A stretch of 53,871 bases of DNA, the filler included, from Thelocarpon superellum (lineage: Eukaryota), in the NCBI GenBank assembly GCA_026025795.1. It is 2 parts of 2 records of this genome, joined end to end, with 100 filler letters (N's around TTAATTAATTAA, not from the genome) between each part and the next. Parts side by side here need not be neighbours in the genome. Positions count along the whole stretch, not along the records: positions 1 to 27,035 come from JAPEUG010000253.1; positions 27,136 to 53,871 come from JAPEUG010000254.1. One strand, 5' to 3'. Within the stretch, counting starts at the first letter, position 1, and each line of letters opens with the position of its first letter. The translations under genes were made by a program, and so were the position numbers. Below, in pieces: positions 24,525 to 34,543 of the stretch. The notes beneath the pieces are model-generated. The model was not told the DNA's origin. It worked only from the letters and a program-made list of their open reading frames with translations, and made no database searches.

Positions 24525-25479
24525 ATGGCAGCTCAACAGCAGCCTCCGTATATCCCCCAGTCGCTTGAGGACGCACGGGTTGGACAGGTGCCTCCCTCGA
24601 TATACTATGTACCCAACTTCATCACCGCTGGCGAAGAGAGCCTTCTTCGAGACAAGGTAGCTACCCACGGGCTACGTGAATGATGCCGGGAGACCGTTCA
24701 TCCATAGTCGGATGTGGTTGGCGGATGAGCGACATCGTCACCGTGACTGAGCAAAGTGTCTAGATCGAGCATGCGCCGGCGTCGCATTGGACCCATCTCT
24801 CGCATCGCCGCCTCTTGTCGTATCCATCTGCTTTGACGCCGAACAATACCCTCCTAGCTGCACCGCTCCCTCCATGGCTCATGGAGCCAATCGTTCCGCG
24901 GCTGCAACAGCTGCGCCGGTCTCTGGTCGACCACCCGGATGGCTCGTCGACCCCTGTCTTCGCAACCAGTCCTCATGGTGCGCCGAACCACGTCTTGATC
25001 AACGAATACCAGCCCGGGCAAGGTATCATGCCACATGAAGACGGTGCCGCTTACTTCCCACTCGTGGCCACGGTGAGTCTCGGCGGTCCCCTGGTTCTGG
25101 ACCTCTACGAGAAGACCGTCGAAGGCAAGCGCGAGGCGCACCCTCGATATCGTATCCTCCAGGAGGCTCGAAGGTAGACCGGCGCAAGACACCGAATCCG
25201 AATCCGAATCCGAATCTGAATCCGACTGAACCTGACGACAGTCTGCTGATCACCACGGACGAGATGTACACGGCGCATCTACACGGCATTGCCGACATCG
25301 TTGTGGACGAGCATCTGGGGCCCTCCACAATTGCGAACTGGGACCAACTGGGGAACGCCACGATATTTGGCCGAGGCAAGCTCGAACGGGTGACGAGAAC
25401 GAGCTTGACGTACCGCGACGTGCGGAAGGTCTCGAATCTTGGTAGCAAGCTCAACTTATTGAGCAAGAGCAAACGCTAA
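24525..25479 (+). CDS. ALKBH6: AlkB homolog 6-like 2OG-Fe(II) dioxygenase
   Basis: Exons 24525-24656, 24764-25173 and 25242-25479. Motifs IYYVPNFIT..EE, WTHLSHRRL, PNHVLINEYQPGQGIMPHEDG (HxD), HLHGI and TRTSLTYR. Confidence 0.9.
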
Positions 25480-25508
25480 AGGCAATCAGTATCCTCCATT
25501 TTGCAGGA

Positions 25509-26556
25509 CTAATAGAGGAGCGGAATCATCCTCCATCGTCCCTTCATTTGGGCCGCTCCAAATTGCTTGCGGTACCAATCTCGGCTGATCTCGGCCGTGA
25601 CTCCGAGATTGGCCGCAACAAAGATGAGCGCCATGAAGACGGTCCTGTTGACCAGCGCTCCCTGCGGAGCGGCCAAGAGGGCCAAGGACAGATAGATGCC
25701 GCACTCGGCGGTGTAATGTGGGCAGATCACGCTGGCGAACAAAGGGTGTTGGGGTAAGGTGTACCTGGGCAGGGACGCCAGGTAGGCGTGACAGTCATGC
25801 TGCATGCCAGAGGCCAAGAGAAAGAGAGGTAGGCACAGGACGGTCCGGAGGGAGGGCACTCCAATTGAGATGATGTCCAAGGAAGGTCTCGTGGCGAGCA
25901 GGGCCGCTTAGTCACGGTCAGCGTACTCATCACTGTCGACCTATGGAGAGATGCACGCGTACGAAATCCTTCGACCCAGACGGCCATGCTCATGGCAATA
26001 TAGAAGCCAATGCCGAGCAGCCAGTGGACCACCCACATCTTGGACTGCGAAGGTCGCCCAAAGGCAATACACTCAGACAGTCGTCGAGCCCCTTGGAAGG
26101 TCATCAACAACCACGTAAGGACGACCTGGTGTAGATCCATGCCTGGCCCCGCGTCTGCGCGCCGACCATGCCTCATGCCGTAAATTCCTTGGAGAGTTCG
26201 TCCCAGATAGATGTATTGCAACGCCCAGAACAGCGACAGAGACACGGAGACGATGTAGAAGTGGATGAACCAGCTGTGAGGGACTTGAAATGTCGCGAGA
26301 TAATCCAATGTTGTGGTCAGAGGACGTCCATACGAAGCAGTATTGGATGGTGGCTTGGGCTCAGCGCCAGGGGGGCTCGCAGCGGTCGTGCGGGAGCCAT
26401 AGGCAAGGAATCGAGATCGAAAGGGCGGAATGGCGTTGACGAGCAAGACCTGTTAGCACATGAGGATACCATGACAACAAGCAGCCTCCGCGAGCTCTGG
26501 CGTACCGTTGAGGCTGCGAGCAGGAAAAACACCTGCAGGCATTGCTCAGGTTCCAT
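25509..26556 (-). CDS. DFG10: Polyprenol/polyprenal reductase (steroid 5-alpha reductase family, SRD5A3/DFG10), 3 exons
   Basis: Motifs FLAYGSR, VPHSWFIHFY, QGARRLSEC, QHDCHAYLASL, CPHYTAECGIY, ANLGVTA and RWRMIPLLY* joined by two canonical introns. Confidence 0.9.
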
Positions 26557-27035
26557 TGCGGATGGGGCTGGTGTCCCAGCTGGGAGAGGATGAATTGCCA
26601 CCGCTGGTGATGCATGCACAGCAAAACATGACAGGTGCGTAGTCGTATGTTGCCGTCGGCGTCGTGTAGCTTTACCTGCAGAGCTATGACCCTTCTCCCA
26701 TCTAATCTGGTGTTTGGATTCTGTCTCGATCGCGTAGCAACACCTCGAGTCACGGGTTATGGATGACACCTGCTATTTAGGTGCGCATAGGTGGACCTAG
26801 AGTACTGCTAGCTTCCCGAATCGCAGTCGGAGCTCTGGCAGCGGGCCAGGCACATCATTTTTGGGCGCAGAGCACCCTGGAGCGCTCATTTGCTGTCAAG
26901 CTCGAGTCGGCTTTGCTGGGCGGCGGTCCAATCAACGATCCCCGCCGCCGCGAGGAGCATCACAGGAGTCGGCAACGGCGTCCGGTCACTTTCCCTCCCA
27001 GTCCTAGGGTAAGGAAGAAAGCACGAGCAGGATGC

Positions 27036-27135
27036 NNNNNNNNNNNNNNNNNNNNNNNNNNNNNNNNNNNNNNNNNNNNTTAATTAATTAANNNNNNNNN
27101 NNNNNNNNNNNNNNNNNNNNNNNNNNNNNNNNNNN
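27036..27135. other. Artificial contig-joining linker: N44-TTAATTAATTAA-N44
   Basis: Exactly 100 nt and symmetric; the 12-mer is palindromic and gives TAA in all six frames. Confidence 0.95.
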
Positions 27136-27205
27136 GAGCAGCGTCCACCTGACGCTCGCACGATCCTGAAGTCGCTGGTGGTCGCCCCGGCTCCCGTGTG
27201 CCAAA

Positions 27206-28283
27206 ATGTCGAACGACCCGCGGGAGACGTGGGCCAAGTTCCAGCGGACCCTCCAATCCGCACAGCAACAAGGCCGACGCGGCATGGGCGGAAGTCCTCG
27301 TGGCTTCTTGGGAGGTGCCGCTGGTCTTCTGATCCTGGGTGGAGGAGGTGTGCTCTTGAGTAATTCGCTGTTTAACGGTGCGTCGCCCCGGCTCCCTTTG
27401 TAACTGCCGCAGACTGATGGATGATGACCAGTCGACGGTGGTCACCGGGCAATCAAATACACGAGGATTGGAGGTGTGAAGACGGACATCTACAATGAAG
27501 GTTGGTGAAGGGTCGACTCGTGGTGCAAGATTCGCTCTGACATTTTGCCGAGGAACCCATTTCCGCCTTCCATGGTTCGAGACACCCATCACCTACGACG
27601 TGCGTGCCAAGCCACGGAATGTGGCCTCTCTTACGGGCACCAAGGATCTTCAGATGGTCAACATCACCTGCCGGGTGCTCTCTCGACCGCGGGTGGAAGC
27701 CTTGCCGCAGATCTACCGCACTCTGGGGACGGATTACGATGAGCGAGTGCTGCCGTCGATCGTCAACGAGGTGTTGAAGAGCGTCGTGGCCCAGTTCAAT
27801 GCCAGTCAACTCATCACGCAACGTGAGAGCGTCAGTCGACTGGTGCGAGAGAACTTGGTCAAACGCGCGGCGCGGTTCAACATCATGCTGGACGACGTGT
27901 CCTTGACGGTAAGCCCCTGCGCTTCTGCTCTCAGTGCTTCACTGATGCTTTCCCTTTAGCAACTGTCCTTCTCCAACGAGTTTACCGCCGCGGTCGAGGC
28001 AAAACAAGTGGCGCAGCAGGAGGCGCAACGAGCAGCATTCGTGGTGGACAAGGCGCGACAAGAGAAGCAGGCGATGGTGGTACGAGCACAGGGTGAGGCG
28101 CGGTCGGCCGAACTCATCGGCGACGCGATCAAGAAGTCGCGGAGCTACGTGGATCTCAAGCGGATCGAGAACGCGCGGAACATTGCCACCATCCTACAGG
28201 AGGCCGGCGGAAAGAATAAGCTGTATCTCGATGCCGACGGACTGGGGCTCAACGTGGCCGAGAAGTACGAGGAGAAGAAGTAA
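27206..28283 (+). CDS. PHB2: Prohibitin-2 (mitochondrial SPFH protein), 4 exons
   Basis: [66 protein letters not shown] and [31 protein letters not shown]. Confidence 0.97.
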
Positions 28284-28788
28284 GGCGGACAAAGGAGCGA
28301 ACGTGTACCAATACAATCTCCATTTATCCTCGCTCCATGCTCGAACGCCACCGTGATGGATCTGTCGGCTCGCGCAACATCGACCTGAGTGCCATGACCC
28401 TCTCCGTGATGAGTGTAGATGATTATGTCAGCGCCGAGCTCCACCATGCTATCAAGCGGAGCATTCCGTACCACGGATACGAGGATGGTATGAGTATGGG
28501 TGCTGGATAGCACGTCCGAGTAAGAAGGCGACATGACTTGACCCCACCACGGCAACCAGGGAGTTCTTCGGGCTTCAGCGAACACCGCCACCTGCACCCA
28601 CACCTGCTCTACACCTGCACTCCTCGCCGTGCCTCGACCCAGCGCTCTGACACCCACCCTTTCCCGCCCTCGGACTTTGCTTGTCCCACTTGTCCCACTT
28701 GTCCCATTCATCCTCATCCACCGCTCTGTCAACCTCGTCTCCCGCCCCCAGTTCCTCCAGACCCTGCCACGATCCGAGCGAGGTCAAG

Positions 28789-29325
28789 ATGCTCATCAAG
28801 TGCGTATACCGGAGCGTAAAGCGTGCGGCCTACCACACGCACTAGGCAATCCGCTATTCCACTTCCTCGCCTGCGAAAGACCTTTGGCTAACGACTCCAC
28901 CTGGGTCGCGGTTACGCAGAGTCCGAACGCTTACGGGCAAGGAAATTGAGCTGGACATCGAGGCAGAGTACAAGGTGTCGAGGATAAAAGAGCGCGTGGA
29001 GGAGAAAGAAGGGATTCCGCCGGTTCAGCAGCGGCTGATTTATGGTGGCAAGCAGATGTATGGTTTCCCCTCGCTCCCTTCCACCCCCCCCCCTCGTCTC
29101 TTCTGTTCTCCTCTCTCCTTCTCCTTCTTTCTGTGCCTCTGTTCGTGCCATGGTTTCGTGGGTAGCAAGTTGGTGAAAGAAAGAAAGAAATAGCTGACGG
29201 GGTGGACGACGACGAATAGGGCGGATGACAAAACGGCAGCGGAATACAATCTCGAAGGGGGCGCGACGTTGCATTTAGTCTTGGCTCTGCGTGGCGGGGT
29301 AGAGGGTGCTCGGCGGACGGAATGA
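28789..29325 (+). CDS. NEDD8: Ubiquitin-like protein NEDD8/Rub1 precursor, 3 exons
   Basis: [84 protein letters not shown]; the Ala in ALRGG distinguishes NEDD8 from ubiquitin. Confidence 0.97.
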
Positions 29326-29808
29326 GGCGCGCGTGATGCCGGTTATAGAATCTATACGAGTAAGAGGGGCATATGGCATGAGGGACATGACAGTGGTGGC
29401 GATGGCGATGGTGGTACCATGGAGAAGTGCGGACGAGCAGAATGCAGCAGCACACTCCCAGTGCATGCTGAGTACGGAACGGCAGATCAGAGGGGACGAG
29501 ATAAGATGAGATGAAATGAGTATGAATGGCATTATGACGACGTACAACACCTTTCCACCTCCATTTGCATCTTCGTGTCTAGGGTCGACAGCGGGCTCTA
29601 TACTACTGACTCGCCGCCACGACATCTATGGCATGATAGTAGGTTAGATTACATTCATCATGCGGCCATAGGTAGGACGCGAAAAAGAGCCAGAGATCAA
29701 GGCCCGTCTAAACCACGTTCCTTGTTCCCAACATGTAGCACAAAGTACGCACTCCTCGCCATGCGATGCGACATGATGTGATGTGATGCAATACGAGCCT
29801 CTGTCCTG

Positions 29809-31241
29809 CTATGCAGGTCTCGGCTTCTTCTTCGGCCTCATGAAAACGTCCGGTTCCTTGCGCTTCAGGCGGGATGGTCCTGGAGACGGCGTACCGCGCG
29901 CTGCGGCGCCTTTTGCGGCGCCCGTGGCTGGGGCAGCCGTTGCTGTTGGCGGTGTGCCAGCTACGTTGAGTCGCGGCGCGGTGTGGCTTGATTTCGTACG
30001 TTGTTTCTCGCTCTCCTTGACTTTCTCCGTTTCTTTCCCCTTTCCTTTCTCTTTGACCTGCAGTGTGCCAAGGAGAGGGACACTATGACAAGGTGTGGAA
30101 GGAGCGTTGCCCTTCTTGGCCGTGCCGGTAGGTGTTGTTGGGGATCGTGGGGCGGATGGTCGACGCGTGGGTGGGGTCTTGGTTGAACTGGTCGCGGTAG
30201 TCGTTTCCTTTGCTCCTGCTCGCCCCACGTGTCGTGAGGTGAACTCATTGAGGCGACATTCGGTCTCTTGCGAAACGGCGTTCGTCGGTGTCTTCTCGGC
30301 GGCCTTGCTCGCGTCTCCGCTCGACGCATTCTTCGCAGGGTTCTGCGTCGGCGGCTTAGTCAACATCCCCCGTGGAGGAAACACGACCGGCGCCTTCCGC
30401 TTGGGCGACTCGATCGGTGGCGCCGGTCGGCGATGCTCGTCCACCAGACCTCGGGGTGCGGATCGGACTTTGGACGACTGCCCGTTCAAGAGATGCGTGG
30501 GCTGAGAGAGCTTGCTGTTCTGATGGCTGAACAGGCTCATCTCGCGAGCCTCTCGACGGACCTTTTGCATCACGTTCTTGGTCTTAGAACCAGACGTGAA
30601 TGTCAGTGTCGACGAGGAGCTGCTCAAGGTCGATCCTTGGCCCGCAGTCCGTCTCGTGCGTCGACCGAACTGTGTATTCTTGCCCAAGCCGGGCAAGTCG
30701 GCCATGTCCACAAGCTTCGAGGTGTTCTTGCCCTTCTCCGCCATTCGCCCTTCCATCGCTGCTCGCAGCTTGGATGTATCCCGGTCCACCTCCGCCTGGC
30801 TCTCCATCCGAAGTTTCTAGAGCGCGTTAGTCATTTTTCATCTCGGGTTTCGATTTCGAGTGGAGCATACCTGGTACACCTTGTACCAGTTCTTCGGGTT
30901 CTTGGGCTGATGGGGCTTCTCCGCCCATCCTGAGATATCCCGCTTGATGTACCCCATCCAGATCTCCGCATCTTCGCCACATACCTGCGGCGATACCAGC
31001 TCGATTTGCCGCTACCGCCCGTGAGCAAGGATGCCAGACATGAAGCCATTCATCTTACCAGCTGGTCGGGGTTCTCCACTCGTATCAGCACATCCCGTAC
31101 TACTTCATACGGAACATCGCCAACGTCAACGATGGCTGGAATGTTTGGTCAGCTGGGTACAGAGGTTTGGGGCGGCGGCTTACCTTTGATGTTCCTCACG
31201 CACGTTCTCTTGGCGATTCTCAACAAAGACGGAGCCGGCAT
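29809..31241 (-). CDS. ELA1: Elongin A (RNA polymerase II transcription factor SIII subunit A) family protein, 4 exons
   Basis: Exons 31241-31184, 31135-31059, 31011-30871 and 30816-29809. BC-box MPAPSLLRIAKRTCVRNIK, then IVDVGDVPYEVVRDVL..ENPDQLRQIELVSPQV..IWMGYIKRD, PKNWYKVY, and a basic C-terminal NLS-like end. Confidence 0.88.
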
Positions 31242-31731
31242 CTTGGTTGGCGGGCGTGGATTCAAACGGACGGGACGGAAGTTTATGGACACAACGTTGG
31301 GGTCATTGTAGCCAGGAGGTAGGTGGGAGGTGAGCGGTGGGAGGTGGGAGTCCAGTCGGTTGAACAGGGCTTGGTGGGCGTGTGAATTTATATTTCAGCC
31401 AGATGCGGCTCCATGGCAAGCGGGGCAGGCCCAGCCAGTGCCGATGCCACGTCTGAGCAGCAATGACTAGCTCCCATCGATGAAACAAAGGGCGGATTGA
31501 GGTTGTTGAGCTAGCTTCAATAGAACACGTACATGTTACCTGCTAGCCAAGACTGAATGGGACATTATTGGAGGGTAAGCATGGAGGTCGAAGTGAAGTA
31601 GGAGGGTCATACGTAGAGTCCGTGCATGAGGCTGAAGCGAGCGTGGTAGCAAGGGTAGCAGTAACTTACTGTTGTAGGAATCAGAGCTGAATTGCTAATT
31701 TACGCGTAGTCTGGGATAGTAATAGGAGTGG

Positions 31732-31752
31732 GCACGTGATCAGATCACGTGC
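31732..31752. promoter_or_regulatory. Perfect inverted repeat carrying two ATCACGTG E-boxes in the ELA1/THO7 bidirectional promoter
   Basis: GCACGTGATC-A-GATCACGTGC; the repeat is seen directly, a regulatory role is inferred. Confidence 0.55.
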
Positions 31753-31967
31753 GCGCTCCTACACTGTTATCTTAGTCGCACGTCGTGAAGCGGCGGAGAA
31801 ATCCGAGAGCGATCCATCGCCTGACAAACCGTGCATGCTCCATGCCATCTCGACGGGATTCTCTCCATGGAACAAGTCCCTCTGCATATTGCAACCCCAC
31901 GACAACTCACGTTGGCGTCCGTGGCCTTTCTCAGGATAGGCACGCTCATCTCTCCGGAGGCTACACC

Positions 31968-33095
31968 ATGGCATCCTATGGCTTGCTGGAGCAAAGTGAA
32001 GAAGGTAGATATCACCGACCGCAGGCTTGCATCAGACTGACCCTCTCAGACGCCCTTCACAAACCTCGACTTCTCAATGTCGAAGAGAAACCATTCAAGC
32101 GGATTACGAAGAAACTTCTCGCGCCGGATTCGCTGATCAGCGTGACACCGGTCCATCTCCCTACCCCTCCTCCCGATGGCAGCAGTGTGGATGAGTCGGC
32201 CGTGGCGGCCGAGAAGGAGCGCCAGGCCCAGCTCGAACACCGACGACAGTTTCGCGAAGACGTGCTCCTCGACTTCGCCGCCTTTGAAAGCAGTATCGCG
32301 CGCGTACAGTTCCTCCTCGCCAGCAATGCCAAAGAACGAGAACGGTACGCGATGGAGAAGATCAAGATCCAAGAGACGGCGCAGGCGGTGCGCGAGTCGA
32401 ACGCACGACTCCGCATCGAGCTCGAAGAGGCACAGACAACGCTGGCGGTGCGCAAGACATGGGACGAGTTGACGGAAAAAATCACAAGCAATCGCATGTT
32501 GCGACCACGGGAAGACCAGCACGCGAACGTGGAGAAGCTCAACGCGGAGATCGCAGAGCTGGAGAGTGAGAGCCGGACCTACGCCGAGACGTGGTCTGAG
32601 CGACGGGAACAGTTCGGCCGGATCGTGAAAGAGGGCATGGAGCTGCGGCGACTGATCCGCGACGAGAAGGAGGAAGTCGAGCGCCGCGAGGGCATGGAGG
32701 AGCGTGAAGAGGGCGAAGAGGGCGAGGTGGCCACGTCGCGCGGCGAGGGTAGCGCAATGGGCACGCCACGCCCGGACGATGGCACTACGCAGGACGTTGA
32801 CGCCGTGGTGGCACCTACCTCGGGCCAGGTGCCCGCGTCTGGGGCGGGAACGGGAACGGGGACGGGGACGGGGACGGGGACGGGGACAAGGACGGGGACG
32901 GGGACGGGGACAAGGACGGGGACGGGGACGGGGACGGGGACGGGGACGAGTGAAGGCCTCACGACCAATAAGAGCGAAGAAGACACGAGCATGACGGAGC
33001 AAGGCGAGATCGAAGACGACGGTACTCCCGCCGCGGCCGACGGGTTTGTGTCTGGGGGAGGTACAGGGACGGAGGATCGGATGGACGAGACGTAG
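31968..33095 (+). CDS. THOC7: THO complex subunit 7 (THOC7/Mft1 family)
   Basis: MASYGLLEQSEE|DALHKPRLLNVEEKPFKRITKKLL, FREDVLLDFAAFESSIARVQFL, NAKERERY and WSERREQFGRIV; intron 32005-32049. Confidence 0.88.
   Translation: MASYGLLEQSEEGRYHRPQACIRLTLSDALHKPRLLNVEEKPFKRITKKLLAPDSLISVTPVHLPTPPPDGSSVDESAVAAEKERQAQLEHRRQFREDVLLDFAAFESSIARVQFLLASNAKERERYAMEKIKIQETAQAVRESNARLRIELEEAQTTLAVRKTWDELTEKITSNRMLRPREDQHANVEKLNAEIAELESESRTYAETWSERREQFGRIVKEGMELRRLIRDEKEEVERREGMEEREEGEEGEVATSRGEGSAMGTPRPDDGTTQDVDAVVAPTSGQVPASGAGTGTGTGTGTGTGTRTGTGTGTRTGTGTGTGTGTSEGLTTNKSEEDTSMTEQGEIEDDGTPAAADGFVSGGGTGTEDRMDET
32847..32948 (+). repeat. Coding hexamer array (GGGACG)n encoding 17 Gly/Arg-Thr dipeptides
   Basis: (GT)7-RT-(GT)3-RT-(GT)5 in the THO7 C-terminal tail. 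Confidence 0.95.
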
Positions 33096-33290
33096 CTTCG
33101 ATACCGTGTTCGTGGGCTATTGCAGGCTGTTTAGGAGTTGGGCATGGGTAATGTCATGACACAAGACGAATCCGAGCACCAAACTCCACGTCCTAGGCTA
33201 TCTACCTTTTCCTCTCCCCCACGTTCCATCCCTCCCTGCCTTGTCCCCTGTCTCCGCCTGTCACGTGTAGACAAGGAGACGGAGAGAAGC

Positions 33291-33860
33291 TCACGGCGCA
33301 CTCCTAGCGTTTGCAATGGCATCCTTTGCGCGCGCCACCTCTTCTGGATCCGTGGGGGCGCCGTCCTCCTCCTACATTTGACACGGTTAGCCTCAACTCC
33401 CCAGCTGCAAGAAGAGAGAAACGGAGAAAGGAAGGGCATCGCACCAGAATACTCTCCACCTTTGCCACGGCAGCATCGATCCGCTCCCTCAGATGTGGAA
33501 ACAAAGCTCTCGTCTCGTCCATCGCTCGTCGCTGTTCCGCACCAAGCACCGAGGTCAGTAGCCAACGTACAGGTACTTATAGGGTGGTGATATATGGGCA
33601 GGCATCGACGCGCCAATGACGCTCAAGCTGGGAGCATGACCGGTTCAGAGCGTGGACAAAGTGCATCCCACCTCCTGACGGATCTTATATTCCAGATCCT
33701 CCACCTCGTTCCCATCCCCGCCGGCCGCATCGACAGTGCTCGCTTCAGTGAGGCGGAGCCGTGCTTCCTGCTGCGCTAGTTCCGTGTGGTATGAGCTTTC
33801 TTCCTTTGTGAGCCGGATCACGGACGAGGTGGCGATGGCGAGGGGTGTGGGCGGGGCCAT
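33291..33860 (-). CDS. RBL2: Tubulin-specific chaperone A (TBCA/Rbl2), 3 exons
   Basis: MAPPTPLAIATSSVIRLTKEESSYHTELAQQEARL...EYKIRQE|RRAMDETRALFPHLRERIDAAVAKVESIL|EEDGAPTDPEEVARAKDAI..*. Confidence 0.9.
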
Positions 33861-33867
33861 CTGGGTT

Positions 33868-33958
33868 AGTGAGTGAGTGAGTGAGTGCGTGAGTGAGTGA
33901 GTGAGTGAGTGAGTGAGTGAGTGAGTATGTGAGTATGTGAGTATGTGAGTATGTGAGC
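33868..33958. repeat. Compound microsatellite (GAGT)n + (GAGTATGT)n directly upstream of the TBCA ATG
   Basis: Read directly; begins within 10 nt of the start codon at 33860. Confidence 0.9.
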
Positions 33959-34471
33959 CGAGCAGATTGGGGCGTGAGTGGTTGAGACGCGTGATGGAGC
34001 TGCGTGGGCGAATTGCGTGGTGAGAATGGACAGCTCGGCTGCGTGGTTGAAGTCTGGGGTGGTAACTGCTTTTTAGTGGCGCGACGGGGAGCTCCTGGGA
34101 GGGATGGTGGTGGTAGTGCTGGTGGTGTGATGGTCGGGTGGTCGAGTGGTGGGGTGGTGGGGTGATGCGAGGAAGATTCCCTACCAACTTCTGGCTAAAT
34201 CATCAGTCTCGCTCTCCCTCGTGGATCGGCGAAACCTACATCCACGGTCGAGAGCGGGGTCGAAGTAGCTATTTGTTTCCCGTCAATCATCTAGTCGCGA
34301 CGAGCCAGTAGTCACGCTGCATGCTATGGATACGTCCTGCTTCATCATCTCTAGTCAAATCTATGTACGAAGTATCCATTGTGCGGAATCAAAGAACGTG
34401 AAGTCCGTCGTGGCTGCAGTCGCATGATTCAAGAATACTGACACCTCTCCCCCTACCCAGATGTGAAAGCT

Positions 34472-34543
34472 AGGATCAATCGAGTCCCTTCCTCTATACA
34501 ATCTTAAAAGGATCAATCGAGTCCCTTCCTCTATACAATCTTA
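34472..34543. repeat. 35-bp perfect direct duplication overlapping the MNR2 stop codon
   Basis: AGGATCAATCGAGTCCCTTCCTCTATACAATCTTA at 34472-34506 and 34509-34543. Confidence 0.92.

Noticed and set aside
24657..24763. Box C/D snoRNA in ALKBH6 intron 1 (ATGATG...CTGA)
   Set aside because: The C box is imperfect, the CTGA coincides with the branch site, and there is no terminal stem.
29299..29325. NEDD8 extension after GG as an anomaly
   Set aside because: Short C-terminal propeptides are normal and are removed by NEDD8-processing proteases.
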